Counted from the stretch's first letter, positions 26,893-40,052 are shown. The stretch: DNA of 64,000 nucleotides from Nemertoderma westbladi (GCA_032718475.1 JAUCBJ010007147.1:1-64000); one strand, 5' to 3'. Translations and numbers: made by a program. The notes: a model not told the origin generated them from the sequence alone.

Positions 26893-27783
26893 TCCAAGGA
26901 GATGGCTACCCGACAGCGAGCAGTGGCGCTTTATTTTATAGAAAAACTGGCGCTGCGTGCGGGAAACGAGAAGGACAAAGACCAAGCCGACACTGTCGGC
27001 TGCTGCAGTCTGCGTGTCGAACACATTAAACTGGTGGAAGAAGCGGATAAGTACATTGTAGAGTTCGACTTCCTCGGTAAGGATTCCATCCGATACCAGA
27101 ATTCCGTTGTTATCGAGAAACGCGTCTACAAGAACCTCAAACGGTTCATAGATGGTAAGAAAGGAAGTGACGAATTGTTCGACCAGCTGGATACAAGAGG
27201 ACTCAACAAGTACCTGAACCAGCTGATGGAGGGCCTCAGTGCGAAAGTGTTCCGAACCTTCAATGCTTCGATCACTTTGCAGGATCAGCTGGATAAACTT
27301 ACCGATCCCGAGGACACCATCCATGCCAAGATGTTGGCCTACAATCGCGCAAACAAGGAGGTTGCCATACTGTGCAACCATCAACGCGCCATTCCTAAAA
27401 CATTCGATAAGTCTATGGAGAACCTAGAAAATAAGATTAAGGAAAGGGAGACTGTGCTGGATGCGTTAAAGGCTGAATTCAAGAAGGCCAAGGTCGACTG
27501 TCAGAGAGCCGCAACCGCGTCAAATACCCTGCAAAAAGATAAGGCTAAGAAAAAGTACGAGTTGGCTGCTGAGCGGTTGGACAAGCTACGGTTGGAGCAA
27601 ACAGCCAAGGACGAGAACAAAACAGTCGCGTTGGGAACCAGCAAACTCAACTATCTTGACCCCCGTATAAGCGCCGCCTGGTCCAAGAAGCACGTGGTAC
27701 CCATCGAGAAAGTCTATAACAAAACCCAGCGCCAAAAGTTCCAATGGGCCATCGACATGGCCGACGAGACTTTTGTATTCTAG
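26893..27783 (+). CDS. TOP1: DNA topoisomerase IB, coding exon 2 (296 aa plus stop)
   Basis: KLALRAGNEK, DTVGCCSLRVEH, FDFLGKDSI, AKVFRTFNAS, ILCNHQR and GTSKLNYLDPRI. All five catalytic residues (R, K, R, H, Y) are present. Stop is at the expected position. Confidence 0.97.
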   Translation, partial: SKEMATRQRAVALYFIEKLALRAGNEKDKDQADTVGCCSLRVEHIKLVEEADKYIVEFDFLGKDSIRYQNSVVIEKRVYKNLKRFIDGKKGSDELFDQLDTRGLNKYLNQLMEGLSAKVFRTFNASITLQDQLDKLTDPEDTIHAKMLAYNRANKEVAILCNHQRAIPKTFDKSMENLENKIKERETVLDALKAEFKKAKVDCQRAATASNTLQKDKAKKKYELAAERLDKLRLEQTAKDENKTVALGTSKLNYLDPRISAAWSKKHVVPIEKVYNKTQRQKFQWAIDMADETFVF

Positions 27784-28003
27784 CAGAACCTGTGACTCGA
27801 GTAATCTTATTACTGACGACACTGGTCGCAATCTTTTCAGTGATACAATAACTAGGTGGTTGTATAGTAATCAAATTGTGCGTTCTGTCCCTGATTAGTC
27901 CTGTAGGTGTCCGGCATATACAGCCCCTTGTGTATTAGACTCAGACCTATCTAATTTACCAAACATCCCCCCTATATATAAGTCAAAGTTCGAATGAATC
28001 CTG

Positions 28004-28365
28004 ACCATCCACCTGTATGTGTCCAGGCCATGCAAACTGTATGTGTTCGGAGCGTCCAACTGTATGTGTCCGGAGTGTCCAACTGTATGTGTCCGGACCA
28101 TCCAACTGTATGTCTCCAGAGCATCCACCTGTATGTGTCAGGGCCGTCCAACTGTATGTGTCCGGACTGTCCAACTGTATGTCTCCAGACTGTCCAACTG
28201 TATGTGTCCAGACCGTGCAACTGTATGTGTCCAGACCGTGCAACTGTATGTGTCCAGACCGTCCAACTGTATGGGTCCGGACCATCCAACTGTATGTGTC
28301 TGGAACGTCCAACTGTATGTGTCCAGACCGTCCAACTGTATGTGTCCAGACCGTCCAACTGTATG
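28004..28365. repeat. 23-bp minisatellite (~15 copies) just 3' of TOP1
   Basis: Unit GTCCAACTGTATGTGTCCAGACC. Confidence 0.9.
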
Positions 28366-28490
28366 TTAGGGTAGATCGAAAAAAAATTTGGAAATGTAAC
28401 TTTTCCCTATGTTAGAAATGTGTGAAATTGCCTAAAACCACAAAAAAACACAACTTTTCAAATTTTTGACAATGCATGACCCCCGCACAA

Positions 28491-29063
28491 TGTTAGCGAA
28501 TTCAATTCCGCTAACCACCACATAAAGTTGGGAAAGCGGCGCCTTTAAGCAATATTGGGGAGTACGAGGTTGATTGCCAATCAACCTCGTATCACCGCAA
28601 TAAACGGGGATGACAAACCCCAAAGGGCCGCAAACAATGGAGGTCAGAGGTTAAGCCTCCGGGGAGAAGGAAAGTAACAGCAGCGGGGGGGGAAACACTC
28701 CCGCAGAGGTGAAGGCGAGAAGTAGGTTATCAACCAATGGGGGGACAGGAGAGGCATCATCTGAGTAGTAAGGCCAACACAGTGCAATATATTACCAATT
28801 GGTGTTTTATATTACAGTTTAGTTTACTCAGTTCAGTTAGGGCAGAACGGTAACTTTTATTACCGTCACCGCCACCATCACCAATTATATTACCGGTATT
28901 TACATTATACATCCAATAACTGTGCTTTGTGCTTCACTCTACTATATTCTATACATATCTGTTAATAACATCAGAACTCTTTCAATTTAACAACGAAGTC
29001 TTTCACACACGGCGGGGACGCGTAAATAAAATAAACCGGTCGGGATTCTCGGATCCCGTCACA
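28491..29063 (+). repeat. 5' LTR of element A
   Basis: TGTTAGCG...CCCGTCACA, closely matching 55729-56301. Confidence 0.95.
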
Positions 29064-29120
29064 GTAATAAAAGCCAACTACCCGAAACTGTGACTGCCAG
29101 CCACCAATAAGAAGTTAAAG

Positions 29121-32100
29121 ATGAGTCAGGAAGGAGAGACAACTACGCCGCGGACCCCGGAGGATACGAACGAAACGATCCGCGAGGCCGCGACGCGACG
29201 GTATCGACCCAGGAAGCCGGACTCGTCAACCCTGAATGATCCGGCACCCCAAGCGGAGGGTGGTCGTCTACCACAAAGAGAGGCGAGCGAGTCGGGGGAA
29301 AGGAGAGACAAGTCGACACATGACGGCGGTCGACATACCGATGTCGCCGGCCAGCCACAGGCCGAGGGCGATGGACGGCCCACCGGAATGGCGACGGTGG
29401 GGCCGCTGGTACGACGCCGAACACGGAGAGAAAGAGGGGATGTCGGCGACAGCACCGACCAGTCAGCGACCGGCTCCGACGAGCCTACAACGCAACCAGA
29501 AAGCAACTGAGGGAAGCCAAAGAAGGGGCGAAGATAGACAAGGTGAAGCTATAGAAGCGGCTAGGTGAGTCGAATAAACATTTTGATTATCTAGTGCGCT
29601 TTGGGCAGGGAGAACTAGCCAATGAGAGAGCGAGAGGGACGCCACTGAACTGTTTGAACTGTGGGAACGTAGGGGTATGGAGCCTGGTGTAGTGTACATA
29701 GGGCCATACTTAGTCGATGCCCGGGGAATTAAGTTAGTGGGTTGGAGGGGACCGCAGGAGGGCGAATCCGAGGTTAACCCCGAGGATTCGGTCTCGACGG
29801 TCGGCAAAAATTCCAGAAAGCGGGGGAAAGTCAGTAGGACGGGAAGGTGGCGGGAGTCCATCGCGACCGATAAGTCTGCTACATCCTCCGCAAAAGTAAG
29901 ACGGGTGCTAGAAATAGATCTGGCATGTCAGCTCGATCTGGTGGCGCTAGAACAGAGAGAATTAGAAGAGACAGTTGGAAGAAGGGAGTGTGTTACTAGA
30001 GAAAGAGAGAGAGCTGGCCAGAGAGAATAAAGAGAGGGCCGAGAGGGTCGTGAGAAACTTTAGGGAGTGTGAAGAAATAGGAATGAGGGAAAGGAAGGAG
30101 CAAGAAGAGCGAGAGGTGGCAGAGGCGAGTGAACGTAAGGAGCGTGAGGCGAGAGCGGAGAATGAACGTAAGGAGCGTGAGGCGAGAGAGGAGAATGAAC
30201 ACAAAGAGCGTGAGGCGAGAGGGGTGAGTGAGCGAAAAGAGCGCGAGGCGAGACGACTTGAGAGAGTTGCGAGAGAGGCGGAATTGGCCGAGCAGAGTTT
30301 GCGAGAGGACAGGGAGAGAGAGAGAATTGAAAAGCGTGTGCGGGACGACATGCATGCCCGGTTGAGGGGGCTTATGCAGTACCAGGCAAAACAGAAGCGC
30401 CGACTAGAACTGAGCAGATGGGGCTGTCAGAGAGCGAGGCTGGCTCGAGTAGTGTTTACGAGGAGCGAGAAGTTATGGAAACATTTATTAATACCCCACT
30501 TACAGGGACCGGACGACAGACCCAAGACTGGTGTGACTGTACGGGCGGGGGGGGGGGGGGGGGGGGGTAACAATAATAATACTGTAGAAAACGTTAATAT
30601 TAATAGTACCGGTACCGTAGTGGATAACCCTAACCAAACTTTCGTTGCAGGAAATAATACTTTGACCGGTAGTAGTAATTTAAACCCAAACCATTCTAAT
30701 ATAAATGTGGGAAATAGTTCAAATAATGCAGATTCGAGTTTGCAAAATAGTTCAAATAATTTGAATAATAGTCTAAATCCGAATATGCAAAATAATTCGA
30801 ATAATATAATTACGCAAAATAATTCAAATAATCTTAATTCAAACGAACAAAATAATCCCGTCTCTAATTTAGGTGTGCAAAATAATTCAATTGATTTAGA
30901 AGATAATATTGATAATGGTGCTATTAATATAAACGTGGCGGACGCGGATGGCCCGGCAAATTAGAGCCTGGTAGGCCATGTAGTCAGTAGGCAGGAGGTG
31001 GCGGGGGTGAGAAACCCCGATGAGGGCCTGGTAGGCCACGTAGCCAGTAGGCAGGAGGTGGCGGGGGTGAGAAACCCCAATAAGGGCCTGGTAGGCCATG
31101 TAGTTAGTAGGCAGGAGGTGGCGGGGGTGAGAAACCCCAATGAGGGCCTGGTAGGCCACGTAGTTAGTAGGCAGGAGGTGGCGGGGGTGAGAAACCACAA
31201 TGAGGGCCTGGTAGGCCACATAGTAGTAGAGGGAGAGGCGGGGGTGAACGGACCCAGCCGCAGTAGGGTTAGTGTGTCGACTAGAGAGGGGTGTCGAAGT
31301 GAAGTAAGAGATAATGAAGTGATAGGTGGCGAGTGGGGGGGGCTACGTAAGCCCCACAATGAGAGATCAGCGGCGAGAGGAGGGGGGCAGGGAGTGCCCC
31401 ACAGGCGTCGGCGGATAATGCGCGGGGCAAATTAGGTAAACCGCGGCACCCGGCGATGGAGAATAGTAGGGGGATTGCGAGTATCCCCAGCGGCATGCGA
31501 TCGAGCAGAGAGAGACAGGTTGATGTTGCGAGAGGGCGAGCGACGAGACGTCGAGCCCAATCAGAAGAGGGAAGAAGAACAGTGGAGTTTAACCGGGAGG
31601 TCGACGAGAGATCTCACGAACGGGGATACTGCACTGCAGAGAGAAGAAGGTAAGAGAGTAGAAGAAGTGTTGTCGCGAACGACAGGAGAGCGAGGACGGA
31701 TAGCGAGCTGTCGGTGGTAGAGATGGAGACGGAGAGTCAGTGGGGTCGAACTCTGGGAGATTGCCATCGTCCCGTGGAGACGCTACCTGATGAGGCGTAC
31801 CACACGCCGAGAGAGGGGTACAGGGTGTACCGGTACGAGGACAAGAGCAGTAGAGGGGATCGAAGAGAAACTTCCCGGCGGGATATACCTGCCGATAGAG
31901 AATACGGTAACCGCGGGGAGGATCATTCGAGAAGGATAAACTTCGATCCCGAGCGATACATACAGACTGCAGGACATACTGTAGGCCACACTGCACATAT
32001 TATAGGCCACGCTGGAAGAGATAATGTAGGCGAAAGGGTAGCGCGGACGACGGGATTAAACCCGGAAGTTGCGGAGTATATACCGGTAGTTAGGCCAGAA

Positions 32101-35004
32101 GTGGATAGGCCTATACCGGTACCAGCACAGCAGTGTGACTACAGCATGCGGGGACATAACATATACCCGGGGGAGAGGAGAGTTATTGCGGATAGGTGCA
32201 TGGGCCCCAATATATTAACATCAACCCCAGTATCAAACATACCGGTGGGGGGGGGGGGGGGGGGACAGGGTGACATTCCCCCATCACAATATCAACAATA
32301 TACCCCAATAGGAATAAGAACATCGAACCCCTTGGACGAGAACAGATCATGCGACACCGAAATATGGAGGGGGCCGCTACCCCCAATGATATATCCAAGT
32401 CAAAGAAAGGCAGCAGATAGGACGAACGGACCGCACCCAATGGGAGAATCTATACAGCATCCATCGAACCCATTGGAAGCACAAGCGATGGGAATGGCCA
32501 CATTAATCGATGCATTAAAAACCAGGATCGAGTTGCCACCCGTGGAACCGTTTAAATTCGATGGAAGCAGGCCGGAAGAATACCTGAAGTTTCGGCGCAT
32601 GTATAGTAATGAAATACTAACGAAGAATTTGACACAAGCGGAGTGCCTAAAATATCTGCAAGTGTATACAGGAGGCCCAGCATACGACATCGTGAGGCAA
32701 TACCAGGGCATCGAGGGCGGCTTCACGACAGCATGGCGGGCACTAGACAGGGAGTACGGGCACCCAGCCAAGATCATCCGGCAGACCCTTAGAGGGATAT
32801 CATCGGGTGGCCTACAGGATAACCCCGTGAGCATAAAGACATTTGCGAACAAAGTTGAGAAAGTGCTAATTGTGCTAAAGACGCTGGACGCACCATACGA
32901 ACTCAATGTGTCTAATAACATCACCACGATAGCGCAGGCACTGCCGATGTGGCTGCGCAACAAGTGGAGGAAGATTGCTTTCTCCACTCGAGACAAGAAG
33001 GGTGTGGAACCGGGCTTAGAAGAAATGTCGAGCTTCCTGAACTACGAAGCCGAATTAATAACGGACCCAGTCTATAGGGAGGATAGCCTGGGAAAGGGAC
33101 CAAAGACCGAATACCACAGGCCGAAACCAGAACATAACGCGGCGAACGCATTGCCAAAGCTCAGACAATCACTGCCATACGCGGCGACGCAAGGGACTGC
33201 TAGTCCACATGTAGCCGGGGGTAAGACCACATCATGGAGTGGACAGGGGAAAAATAACAACACAAATAAACATAACCCCAACACGCCCAGTAGGCCAAAC
33301 CCAAACAATAAGAACAGTAGGGACTTTGGTACGAATGCAAGTGCGATATGCAGTGCACTGTATAAGGACGGCTACAACCCAAAGAACAAATGCCAATTAC
33401 ATACAAACGCACTTCATCAGACCATGAACTGCAGATATTGGCAAGCACTACCCAGGGAAGATCAGGTAGAATACGCGAGGAGAAATGAAATTTGTTCTCG
33501 ATGTGTGATGAGTGGACACAGAGCTAACCAATGCAAGGAAACACCAATCAAATTCGGTCAAGGCAAAGGACAGACGATGGCAACAAGCACCGTAGGGGCT
33601 AAGAAGAGAGGAACGGTACTACTCGGGGTTGTACCAGTGCGGGTGATTGGGGAAGGCGATCGATCAGTAACCACGCTGATGCTGGTCGACAGTGGAGCAG
33701 CCTTCACATTGGTCGAGAATTGGGTGGCTGAGGAAATAGGATTGAGGACGAGGCCAAGTAGGATGGCGGTGACAACCATCTCCAGCAAAGATGAGGTCCT
33801 GGAGATGAGGACTGGTAGGTGCGGGATAGCAGCGATAGCACCGGGATGCGATTATGGGGCGACGATCGACCCCATCCAGGTGATAGAGTCGATAAATATC
33901 AACGCCAGGCAACCAACCAACATCGAGGTCGAACAATATAGATTCCTGGACAGTATCGACTTCTCAATACCAGAAGTGGACGTTAGGAAGGTATCCATTA
34001 TAGTAGGAATGGACTGCCCGACGGCCCACGAGAGAATACAAACGGTCTTCGGCGAAGACAGATAGCGTGACCCGGTGGCAATTCTCACACCATTCGGGTG
34101 GACGCTAACCGCCCCAATCAAAACCAATATACCATTCAGTGTAACCGAGACTTCAGGGTGCATGGTGCCAGGGACTGTTGAGGAGGTAAAGGAGAGGCCA
34201 GAGACGGGCAATAGGGGGAGACAGCTAGAAGTTGAAGCAACACCAAGTGAGTGGGCGGAGGAGAATGGCTTGGATGCAGAAGATTTAGAGACAATGGGTT
34301 GGAACAAGGATCCCAGCAAGTATCGGTATGGAGACGGAGAGGAGCGGATGGCAAAATGTCCGGAGGACAAACCGGAGGAGTGTCCGGTGGAGTGTCAGGA
34401 GGACAATAGTCCGGAGGAGTGTCCGGAGGAATGTTCAGAAGAGTGTCCGGAAGAGATGCCGGTCCGGTTGAGAGACATACCGACATGGGAGAGGCCGAGT
34501 AAGAAGACAAGATGGAAAGGGAAAGGATGTGAGAGGATTAGACCAGGGGCAGAGAAGCCCATGAGTAAAGATAATAAAGGAGTCAGGAAAGTAGAAGGCG
34601 TGTTGCATACGCACGCGGGACTGACAGAGTGTGAGGGGGCATTACATGGGCAGACATCGTGTATACTGAAGGATGAACGGGGGTCGTCGAGGCCTTTAAT
34701 GCCAGCGCACATATTAAGGGGGAGGCCAGCAGAGGTGGCATATAAGATTAAGGATGAAAACAGGGGCGGCATTATACCGCCGAACGACAAGTTGAAGGGT
34801 GGCACTTTGCCGCCAAGGGACGACTACGAGGAGATCAGAGACATAGAGAGTAGGCAGCACTTTCCAAATTTAAGGACAGGAGAAAAGGGAAGGTCAATTC
34901 CAAGAGAGTTGGAATTGACAAGGAGAGCGGAGCGGAGAATCAGAGGTCCTATTAGAGGGAGCACCATAGTTGTGAAGAGTTTAGTCGTCCAAGTTTTGGA
35001 CTGA
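29121..35004 (+). pseudogene. Element A Gag-protease with diverged pol remnant; stops and frameshifts
   Basis: Colinear with element B: Gag ELPPVEPFKFDG, knuckles CQLH..H....C and CSRC....H....C, protease LVDSGA. RT and RNase H are absent. LTECEG..LMPAHIL resembles the integrase C-terminal part of B. Confidence 0.88.
30963..31225 (+). repeat. 60-bp coding tandem repeat in Gag of A (a 39-bp equivalent lies at ~41980-42200 in B)
   Basis: GAGGGCCTGGTAGGCCACGTAGTTAGTAG core encoding EGLVGHVVSRQ. Confidence 0.9.
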
Positions 35005-35099
35005 GGGGGTGGGATTGAGGGCGAGATGCCCTTCCCACACATAAAATATAAAATATAAAAAAATAATAAATAAAGGAAGAGTAAGTAGGCAGATGGAAG

Positions 35100-35750
35100 T
35101 TGGTAAGAGTTAGGCAGATAGTAAGAGTAGGTAGTTAGAGGGTACTTAGTACCGTCAGATAGTAAGAGTAGGTAGTTAGAGGGTACGTAGTACCATTAGT
35201 TAGTAGGAGTTAGTAGTTAGAGGGTACGTAGTACCGTTAGTTAGTTAAGTAGTTAGAAGGTACATAGTACCGATTAGTTATAGGGAGTTAGAAGTTAGTA
35301 AGAGGGTATGTAGTAAAGGTATGTTAGTTGAAGAGAGTTAGAGTTAGTAAGAGGGTATGTAGTACCGTTAGTTAGTTGAAGAGAGTTATAGTTAGTAAGA
35401 GGGTACATTGTACCGTTAGTTAGTTAGTGGAGTTAGAGTTAGTAAGAGGGTACGTAAGTACCAGTTAGTTAGTTAGCAGAGTTAGAGTTAGTAAGAGGGT
35501 ACGTAGTACCATTAGTTAGTTAGTGGAGTTAGAGTTAGTAAGAGGGTACGTAAGTACCGGTTAGTTAGTTAGCAGAGTTAGAGTTAGTAAGAGGGTACGT
35601 AGTACCGTTAGTTAGTTGGTGGAGTTAGAGTTAGTAAGAGGGTACGTAGTACCGGTTGGTAGAAGTTAGTTAGAAGTTAGTAAGAGGGTACGTAGTGCCG
35701 GATAGTAAGAGTTAGTGGTAGAAGGGTATGTATAATATAAATATTAGTTA
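35100..35750 (+). repeat. Degenerate GTTA/GGTACGTAGTACC tandem array after pol
   Basis: Repeats of AGAGGGTACGTAGTACCGTTAGTTAG. Same position as the array at 48670-49290 in B. Confidence 0.85.
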
Positions 35751-37802
35751 GTAGTGAGTAGCGAGAGGGGGGCATATGAGTACAGCTGGATAAATCGTGT
35801 AGGCCACGCGACGCATACTGTTGTACTGCACAAGCCCACAGAGTAGGCCAGAATGTGGATTATGAAGTAGAGTAATCCATTGGCAATAGTAAGTAGTAGC
35901 ACAGTAGTAGGATTGAATTAAATTATAATATTAAAATAGAATAGGGCTAGAAAATTAGACAAATTATGGTAACAGTAGAAAGTAAATTCTGGAACATAAT
36001 TAAAGTAACGGACAGAATTGTAATTTAGGGCACAATTTGACAGTTTCAGAAACAAAGTAGTAAAATTTAGGCTATAACTCGAAATTAAGTAGGAAATAGG
36101 CCATTGTCGAACTGTACAGACCATCTTAACCTTATCACTCATCTGTACTGCGCCTTGGCAAGGCACCACCTTACAGGTGAGCGAGTGAGAGAGTTCGGAA
36201 TGGCGGGGAAACTGATCAGGAAGAGAAAGGCGGAGTCAGGAGGAAAAGAAATACTGGTGGATTTCACCAAGAGGCATCCGGAAGAGAAGACGAGGGGATA
36301 CTACGAGCGGTTAGAGAGAGGTCATGCAGCACGAGCGCTACAGGACCATTTCAGGGAGGTGCACGAACAGCGGCTGGTCGGGACCTACGGGACGCCGTCG
36401 CTGGACAACGCGATCTTCGAGCATTTCCACTACGTGGTGAAAGGAGACGAGGCGAAGTTCGGGATTCCGAAGTACGCGAGAAAGCCACCGAGGAAGGATT
36501 GGAAGAGGTTCGTAGAGTCCGTCAGCAGAGAAGGGTACATGGTCCTGGACAATGAGGGGACTGTGGAAGACGAGGAGTGTTCGAGGAGAGGTGACGGCGA
36601 GGGTCAGGAGCCTGAAAGCAGACAAGACCAAAGGAGAGGCAGTGACCAGGAAACGACCAAGGGAGGAGGACGATAGAGGGAAAGAGTTGAGGTGGTTCCC
36701 AAAGGCAGGTGGAACGAACTAAGACATTCATGTGATATGCCTGGAAAATACAATCAAAGTAAGTACTATAGTCATACAACCTTCTTCTCAATTAGCTACT
36801 GGGACTGGGGACCAATAGACTATAATACTATCACGGACGAGACACTGGACGACATCACACTTCTTGAGTGCGACGGCACAGGAGGGGGGTGAAACTCGTC
36901 GGGAGTGAGTGGGAGAGATAGGGGTTGAGTTGTAGTGCGGAGAGAGTGCGGGTGCAATTCAAGTGTGGGGGGGGGGGGGAGAAATAAGAGGCTGAGTGAG
37001 GGACAGGGAAGTCCGAGAGTTAGAGCGGAAGTAAGGAGAAGTAGAGGAGAGTCAGGGTTAGAACAGAGTAGAGTTAGTGGTGAAAGTGTTGGGGAAACAA
37101 AAGTCGTGTGAGAGGAGCGCACGATCGGCTCGACACGGGACGCCAGGTAAACAGGGTAGCGATATCATACCCATAGGGGGCGGTCTGGAAAGCCGGCTCC
37201 GAAAAAATAGTTCCACCCCACACTCGATGCTAGGTTAGCGTATTCAATTCCGCTAGCCAGGCCCACACAGAGTTGGTTTTAAGCAATATTGGGAGCACGA
37301 GGTTGGTTACCAATCAACCTCGTGTCACCCCAATAAGCGGGGACAATAGGCCCTAAGGGAACACACACAGCGGGGGTCAGAGGTCATACGTCCGGGAGGG
37401 AGAGAGAGACAGCAGCGGGGGGAAGCACTCCCAGGGAGATGGGAGGGTGACAAGTGAGTTATTAGCCAATGGGGGGAAGGCATCGGCTGAGTAGTGTAAT
37501 GCGGCCAACCGGTGCAATATATTACCATATCACTGTATCATTCATTCACTCTTCAGTAAGTCAGTTAGTTAGGGTGGTACCGAGACTCTTATCACCGTCT
37601 CTGTCCACTGCCATCATCATCACTTAGTACGTTACCGGTACTCATCCACTCGCATTAGTAAACTGTGCTTATACTTCATATATTATACATACGTTACCAA
37701 CAATAGCCAGAGTTAATAACATCAGGACTCTTTTCATGCACACGGCGGGGACGCGTAGTTAAGAAACCGGATAAACCGGGATCCTCGGTGGATCCCGTCA
37801 CA
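35750..37802 (+). mobile_element. Element C remnant: ORF3 leader, internally deleted ORF3 (ATG 36200), 3' UTR and 3' LTR (~37233-37802)
   Basis: ORF3 homology jumps from its N-terminus to its C-terminus near 36590. The LTR ends GGATCCCGTCACA and differs from the A and B LTRs. PPT is deleted and no matching 5' LTR is present. Confidence 0.8.
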
Positions 37803-38370
37803 TTAGTAGAGAAGTTAGTAGGAGGGTACGTATAGTGCCGTTAGGAGTAAGAGTTAGTGGTAGGAGGATATGTATAATATAAAATATAGTGAGAGTTAGT
37901 AGAGATTAGTTTGGAAGTTAGTAGAGCTAGTAGTGCGTAGCGAGAGGGGGGCACGTGGGTACAGCTGGATAAATCGTGTAGGCCACGCGACGCATACTGT
38001 TGTACTGCACAAGCCCACAGAGTAGGCCAGAATGTGGATTATAAAATAGAATAATCCATTGGCAGAATACTGATAGCACAGTAGTAGGATTAAATTAAAT
38101 ATTAAAATAAAATAAAATTAGAAAATTAGACAAATTATGGTAACAGTAGGAGAAATATTCTGGAACATAATTTAAGTAATGGACAGAATTACGAAATTTA
38201 GTACAATTTGGCACTTTAGGAAATTAGGGTAGGAAAATTAGGCGATAACCTAACACAGAGCAATAGATAGGCCATTATCGAACTGCACAGACCATCCTAA
38301 CTATATCACTCGTCTGTACTGCGCATTGGCAAGGCACCACCTTACGGGTGAGCGATTGAGAGAGTTCGAA

Positions 38371-39432
38371 ATGGCGGAGAAACTGGTCAGAAAGAGAAAG
38401 GCGGAGTTAGGAGGAAAGGAGATACTGGTGGATTTCACCGAGAGGCATCCGGAAGAAAAGACAAGGGGATACTACGAGCGGTTAGAGAGGGGTCACAAAG
38501 CACAAGCGCTGCAGGACCATTTCAGGGAGATGCACGAACGGCAACTGGTCGGGACCTATGGGACACCGTCGCTAGACAACGCAATCTTTGAGCATTTCCA
38601 CTACATGGTGAAGGGAGACGAGGCGAAGTTCGGGATTTCGAAGTACCCAAAGGAGCCACCGAGAAAGGATTGGAAGATGTTCGTAGAGTCCGTCAGCAGG
38701 GGAGGATACATGGTCCTAGACGACCGTGGAAGATGAGGAAGGTTCGAGAAGAGGGTTGGCAGGGTCGGCCAGAACCATACTCCTACATTTGGCCACGCCA
38801 AATGGGGACATTTTCCTATTCGACCTGGGAACGTATGGGAAGAAGAATGGGCCAAAGTTGAACCGGTTGTCAAAGGCGGTGCAAACCCTAGTAAGAGAGA
38901 AGTCAACGACAAAGGTGGGATCGGCGATCCGCGACGATGCAGAGACAATCATCGGTCCGGACACCCCCAACCTCCTGGACATGCAGACGGTCTACATGGC
39001 TATGAGAGCACCAGACGGGTTGGGACTAGTGGAGAACGCAGGCCATTGTGGAGCGGTGGCGATGGGCCAGCTAATGGGGCTCGTGTGTCACAAACCAATG
39101 GACTGGGGTAAGTTCAGAGAGGAGTACGGAGCGGAGTTAGCGAACTCGCTGAAGTGGGGAGTGAGGCCAGGGAAACAAGAGGTGTATCAATTCTGGAGAG
39201 GAGCGATAAAGGTATATCAGAAGCGATATATCCTGCAGGAGGACTGGATAATGATGGGTTTGCTAAACCTATTCATGACCATCGTCATCGAGAGAGAACC
39301 AACAGCATTCCTGCTATCGGGATCACCCCTGAACTACAGAAGAGCCTTCAAGGCGGCTTTCGAGGGTTTGGTAGACCACCCGTGGCTGAAGGGCGAGTCG
39401 GTATACTATAACTGCCGACATCTAGTAGACGG
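38371..39432 (+). pseudogene. ORF3 of element A, 5' part (exonuclease-like), frameshifted and interrupted by B
   Basis: Colinear with B ORF3 up to RHLVDG. Small deletion near 38724. Confidence 0.88.
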
Positions 39433-40052
39433 TGTTAGCTTATTCAATCCCGCCAACACCCCATAAAGTTATAAGCCGATAAGCAATATTGGGAACCACG
39501 AGATTGGGCAATTAACCAACTCGTGCCATCCCAATAAGAGTGGGAAGGAAGCACACAACAAGGGTCAGGGGCCAAACCCCTATCCCAGAGGAGATAGGTG
39601 GAGTGAACGGGAATACTCCACGGGGCGCCAACAAGGGTATTAACCAATCAGAGGGGGGAAAGGCATCGATTGAGTAGCAATAAGGCCACCGTGCAATATA
39701 ACCAATAACCTATTAATCAGTGATTCAGTTATCTCAGTGCAGCAGTGCTAGCGTAGGTTGGTAGTCAATTAGTTTAGTTAGGGGATCACGGGACTTTAGT
39801 TACCGTATCCCGCCTTGTACACATTATATCTATATCTATATCCTATGCCCTATTATTATTATACACCGAACTTCAGAACTCAGTTACTTTGTTTCATCCT
39901 TATACACGGCGGGGACGCGTGGACTAAATTACCACACCGGATAAATCGGGATCCCTCCTGGATCCCATCACAGTAACTAAATCCGAGGAAGAAGCCCAGT
40001 TGAACATCAAGAACTGCAGCCTAGCTAGCCGAACCATCAGCCACCAGTTGAG

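Noticed and set aside
27895-28415. Overlapping ORFs 3' of TOP1
   Set aside because: Translations of the 23-bp minisatellite.
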